Below are positions 43,851-47,309 of a stretch of 47,309 nucleotides of DNA, piece by piece; within the stretch, counting starts at the first letter, position 1, and every line of letters starts with the position of its first letter. The position numbers and the translations under genes were made by a program. The notes under the pieces are model-generated. The model worked only from the letters and a program-made list of their open reading frames with translations, was not told where the DNA came from and searched no databases. Origin of the DNA: Piedraia hortae CBS 480.64 (Eukaryota); NCBI GenBank assembly GCA_010093745.1, contig MU005965.1, forward strand, positions 372,001 through 419,309, given 5' to 3'.

Positions 43851-45934
43851 TGGAACACGAGGCGACCAATGGGCGTGTGTGGCGTCATGCACCGGAAAGC
43901 TCGTCCACCCGTTGGATTTTTAACAACAACATGCTCAGATCACGAAACTGAAACTCCATCGCTCTCGAGTATGATAAAATGCATATAATCCAAACCTGAT
44001 CTGGTCTTGGAAGCACTGCTGGTGATTAAATGTATGGCTTGTGCATGCTACAAAGTGTACTAAGAAATTTTGAATAGTTCGGCGTTTGATTTGCACCGCG
44101 AATTATCAATACAACTCAAATTGAACGTGTTTTCTTAGCTTTTAGTCATAGATGAGCAAGATCCTTCATGTGTCAGAGTGACGTCGGAATCGCATCAAAC
44201 GGAGACTTCATGGTGACATCCAGAGTCTTGACGTCGAAAACACATCGAAAACATGTCAATCTAATACGTCTCAGCGACGTTTCGGATTCTGACGTTCGAA
44301 TGGCATCCTCGGTCCTCCCGCACGGATTTTCTGACGTCATTCTGACAAATCTACTCAGAATGACGTCCGAGGAAGCTGGCTGTGCAAATGCTGACCACCT
44401 AGCGGGTGTTGCAAATCACAAAACCCTCCTACTGCAGTGCGGACTTCGCAATCGCTGGCAGTTTTCCCGCATAAGGCTGTGAGGGAATTCGTCTCCAGCT
44501 GCTCCAGATTGCTTATGAATTGAGTCATATTTTGGTGTGGACAGTTTGATCTTGACGTCTTGACGGCAAATTCACGGGACGTTCCGCGTCCAAGCACAGA
44601 GATCTAACGACTATGGGGGATGATTTGGAATTTGGCGGAATGATGGACTATAATGGGGTTTGCGGGCTATATGTATTGGTGGAGTTGATATACTATATAC
44701 TAGGTTTTGAATATTCGAGCTTGATATGAGGCTGCGAGATTCGTCCAAGAAGTGGCTGTCCCGTCATCTGATTTAGTGTCACCAGAATGATTCAATTATT
44801 CGGACGGCATGCTTCCAATCTGAGACTTGCCAGCCGTGTCTTTATCTGTAGTGATAATCGTAGTTTCTGTGTTCTGCATGCTTGATCGGCCTGATACATG
44901 TTGGTCAATACACGGTCGGTACCGTCATCGTCATGGTTGGCAAATCTCTGGAAGAAATTTTCTGAGCAAAGGGGAATGGAGTGAGACTGGTCATCTGTTT
45001 TTGTAGGATGGATTAGTTACCCTTGGCGGCTTTGCTGGTTTGGTGGGTCTCTTCTTTTGTTTGGATTCAGTATGTCTCTTCCCTTGCTGGTGATCATGTC
45101 TCATTGATGGACACAGACCTTAACGTGAAGTTTGCATTCAATGCGATGGGTTGCTTGTGGGGTCTTCGGGTAGAGACTTTTTCTGGCAGGGCGCAATGCA
45201 AACAGTAATGTGGGCTTTTCTCATTCGGCTACGCCCACTTATGCCGGCAGTTGTGGTACTGGTGTGGCTCGTGGTGGTCTTGTCTCGTCGCGCGCGTTTC
45301 CTCCAGCGGCAGAGGCGATCTATATCGTGACATTGGCTTTTGCATCTTGTTATGGCGTTGGCTCTGAAATCTCTATCATGTCGTTGACTTCGAGGCTAGG
45401 GAGATATATAAGATGCTGGCAATTTTAAATGTTCTCAGTTCGGGCAATTGTTGGTAATTGAGAGTTTTTACTGCGCACCGTTCCTGCGATGGGAAATGTT
45501 AGTTCTTCAGAGCTGATTAAAAGTAAATAGCGAGGCAGAGCATTGTTGTCAGTGTTGAATCCCCTGTCAAGCATAGCGAAGGTCTCCAGTATACACCGTA
45601 GACTGGCGTTCCGTACTTGCTCCAGCTTTTATTTGTGGTTGTTGGCTGAAGCTGGACCTCTGATTTTTTTTTGTAGCACGAATTCTTGAAAACACTTGTA
45701 AGGGTGGATGGCAGGTATATTCTTCCCAGTGATCAACCATTTTTCAAGATTCTCCACAGCTCAAGACTGCGATTCAACAGCGAAGTTAGCACCTCCGTTG
45801 GCGGTGACAGGCCACGCAAAGTTCGAATGTCCGCAAAACTGCTACAAAAGTGCATCGCCTTTGCGTATTAAGCAGCGCTTGTACATTGCGTCAAAAGTTG
45901 CGCCCACGAGCTCTGTCTGATTGCAATCAAACTT

Positions 45935-46239
45935 TGTCAGAAGGATGTGGCACCTAACATGACCATAACTGTAGATAAAGTCGAAGCTTCTCAGGGTTTT
46001 TACCTCTACAAAGGAATTATTCCCTGGGACGGGTCATTGTCTCGTTCATGCTTAAGGGCATGGTTCGCTGACGTTGTCCTGGCAAATGCGGTTAGACTGA
46101 GGTAGTGTGGGGAAGGTTTCGAACCTCACCTTGTATAGATATAGACATCTACATTTCACTTTTTCAGTCAAAGTTGAGTAAAAACTTTTGTCGTCGATAT
46201 CCGCTCCCCTTTAGTCCTCGGAGGTTCACCCCTCCGACA
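45935..46239 (+). mobile_element. Solo LTR, family B (305 bp)
   Basis: TGTCAGAAGG...CCTCCGACA termini; flanks AACTT/AAATT (4/5 TSD match). Confidence 0.88.
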
Positions 46240-46618
46240 AAATTCTTGCAAAGTTTTGGAACTGTCAACCATGGCTGGATAATATACCCCTGGTATCGTG
46301 GAACTTGTCAAGTATCATCAGATGGGGCGATGATACACAGCGGTGCTTATCACAAGCACATCCTTCTGCTGCCATCATTGTCTACGAGCTTTCCTGACGA
46401 TTGCCTCGTTGTACGTTCGACATGGTGCAGCTTCGTTTCGAAAGGAACCATGCTATCCATCGTGCGCTCAAAGCGTTCGACCAGAGATACTTCGACAATG
46501 ATTTTGCTTCTGGTTGAGACTTGAGCTTGAATCCATCAATAAAAGGAAAAAAGAAATGAGCTTCTAGAGTTTCCTGTTGCGAGCGCATATGGCCTATTAT
46601 GAAGCGTCTAATATCCAT

Positions 46619-46819
46619 TGTGAAGTCGAGGTACTGGTGGTGTGTGCACGGACCCAGGTTCGAGCAAGATATTGTCTCGCATGGAAGCTATAGAGGGCCG
46701 GAGGGCCTACTATATACTCATGAGCTCTTGCACAGAAAGCGCGTGCGTACACGGTACGCGCGCGCCTGGTGAACCACACCCATGGAACAACCACGGTACG
46801 AAAGGGCTAGCCCGTAACA
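46619..46819 (-). repeat. Possible short LTR-like element (201 bp)
   Basis: Reverse complement TGTTACG...CTCGACTTCACA with an internal TATATA. Its end CTCGACTTCAC recurs at 47268-47278. No TSD found. Confidence 0.35.
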
Positions 46820-47309
46820 AGATTACAACGTTTAGTTGATTTCATAACGCTCCAGAAAAATGAAGACTTTCAGGCTGTGCGTGACGATGTGTGGCGAGTA
46901 TGGAGTTCGGTTTCCACGCTCCCACACTGGTATGCCACGGCTAATGCCGACAGGGTCCGTGCTCTCTGTAGTAGAGGTAGCGCGCCTGAAGTCATCTCCT
47001 CGCGCGACAACATAGTTCTAACGCGTTCCCTGACACTATCCTGCAATTATGCAGTCACCGGGTTTACACGGGGATTGGGACTGGTACCGTGAACCTTACC
47101 AACACTGTGGTTATACGAGGCCTGTTTTGAAAATCATTACATTGCGATAACACTGATAGCCATGGTCACTCGACGCTGTTTCTATGCATGAACTTTCTCC
47201 TATATGTTCACAATTTGTTGTGAATATGCGGTATATTACGCGCATTATTAGTAACCGTCGCTCGGCTCTCGACTTCACGCGTCAACTAGTTTTCCGTAGA
47301 GATTTGTAT

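Larger units (their letters stand above)
39290..44384 (+). mobile_element. Full-length, inactivated CMC-superfamily (CACTA/EnSpm/Plavaka-like) DNA transposon
   Basis: Imperfect 25-bp TIRs (CACTGCCAGACTGTTCGGATGTCAT vs reverse-complemented right end CACAGCCAGCTTCCTCGGACGTCAT, 19/25). CA on both flanks (2-bp TSD). GACGTC subterminal repeats at both ends. Internal transposase relic. Confidence 0.8.

Noticed and set aside
27139..44853. Giant CACTA element bounded by CACTACAG...CTGTAGTG capturing hbrB and PRM1
   Set aside because: Only 8-10 bp of inverted match, with no extension and no shared subterminal repeats; expected by chance in 47 kb.
44700..46600. Possible gag/pol remnant around the family B solo LTR
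   Set aside because: No RT, integrase, protease or zinc-knuckle motif and no convincing primer-binding site could be read.

Overview
Genomic DNA of a filamentous ascomycete (Pezizomycotina; Dothideomycete-like by inference), with a 290-N assembly gap at 15195-15484. The first ~16 kb is very compact housekeeping sequence: SNU66/SART-1, a GPI-anchored Ser/Gly-rich protein, an S10 carboxypeptidase, RPS6, an F-box/LRR protein, an HSL-type lipase, ARMH3/DUF1741, DUF726 and AP-3 sigma, with 48-57 nt introns, 111-178 bp spacers and one pair of overlapping stop codons. The remaining ~31 kb is gene-poor and full of transposon debris: two solo-LTR families with 3-4 copies each, and a full-length but dead CMC/CACTA-like DNA transposon with TIRs, a 2-bp TSD and a nested solo LTR. 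It also holds tRNA-Ser(CGA), a TPR pseudogene and only four clearly intact protein genes: a 540-aa orphan, an intronless MATA-type HMG-box transcription factor, HbrB/Bit61 and the mating fusion gene PRM1. The most interesting signal is that the orphan, the HMG gene and PRM1 each carry a Ste11-type TR-box (TTTCTTTG[T/A]T) on the sense strand 171-224 bp upstream of the ATG, and the HMG gene promoter has five HMG-type sites. This suggests a linked, autoregulated mating regulon inside a TE-rich island. All calls are from manual reading; no database searches were run.
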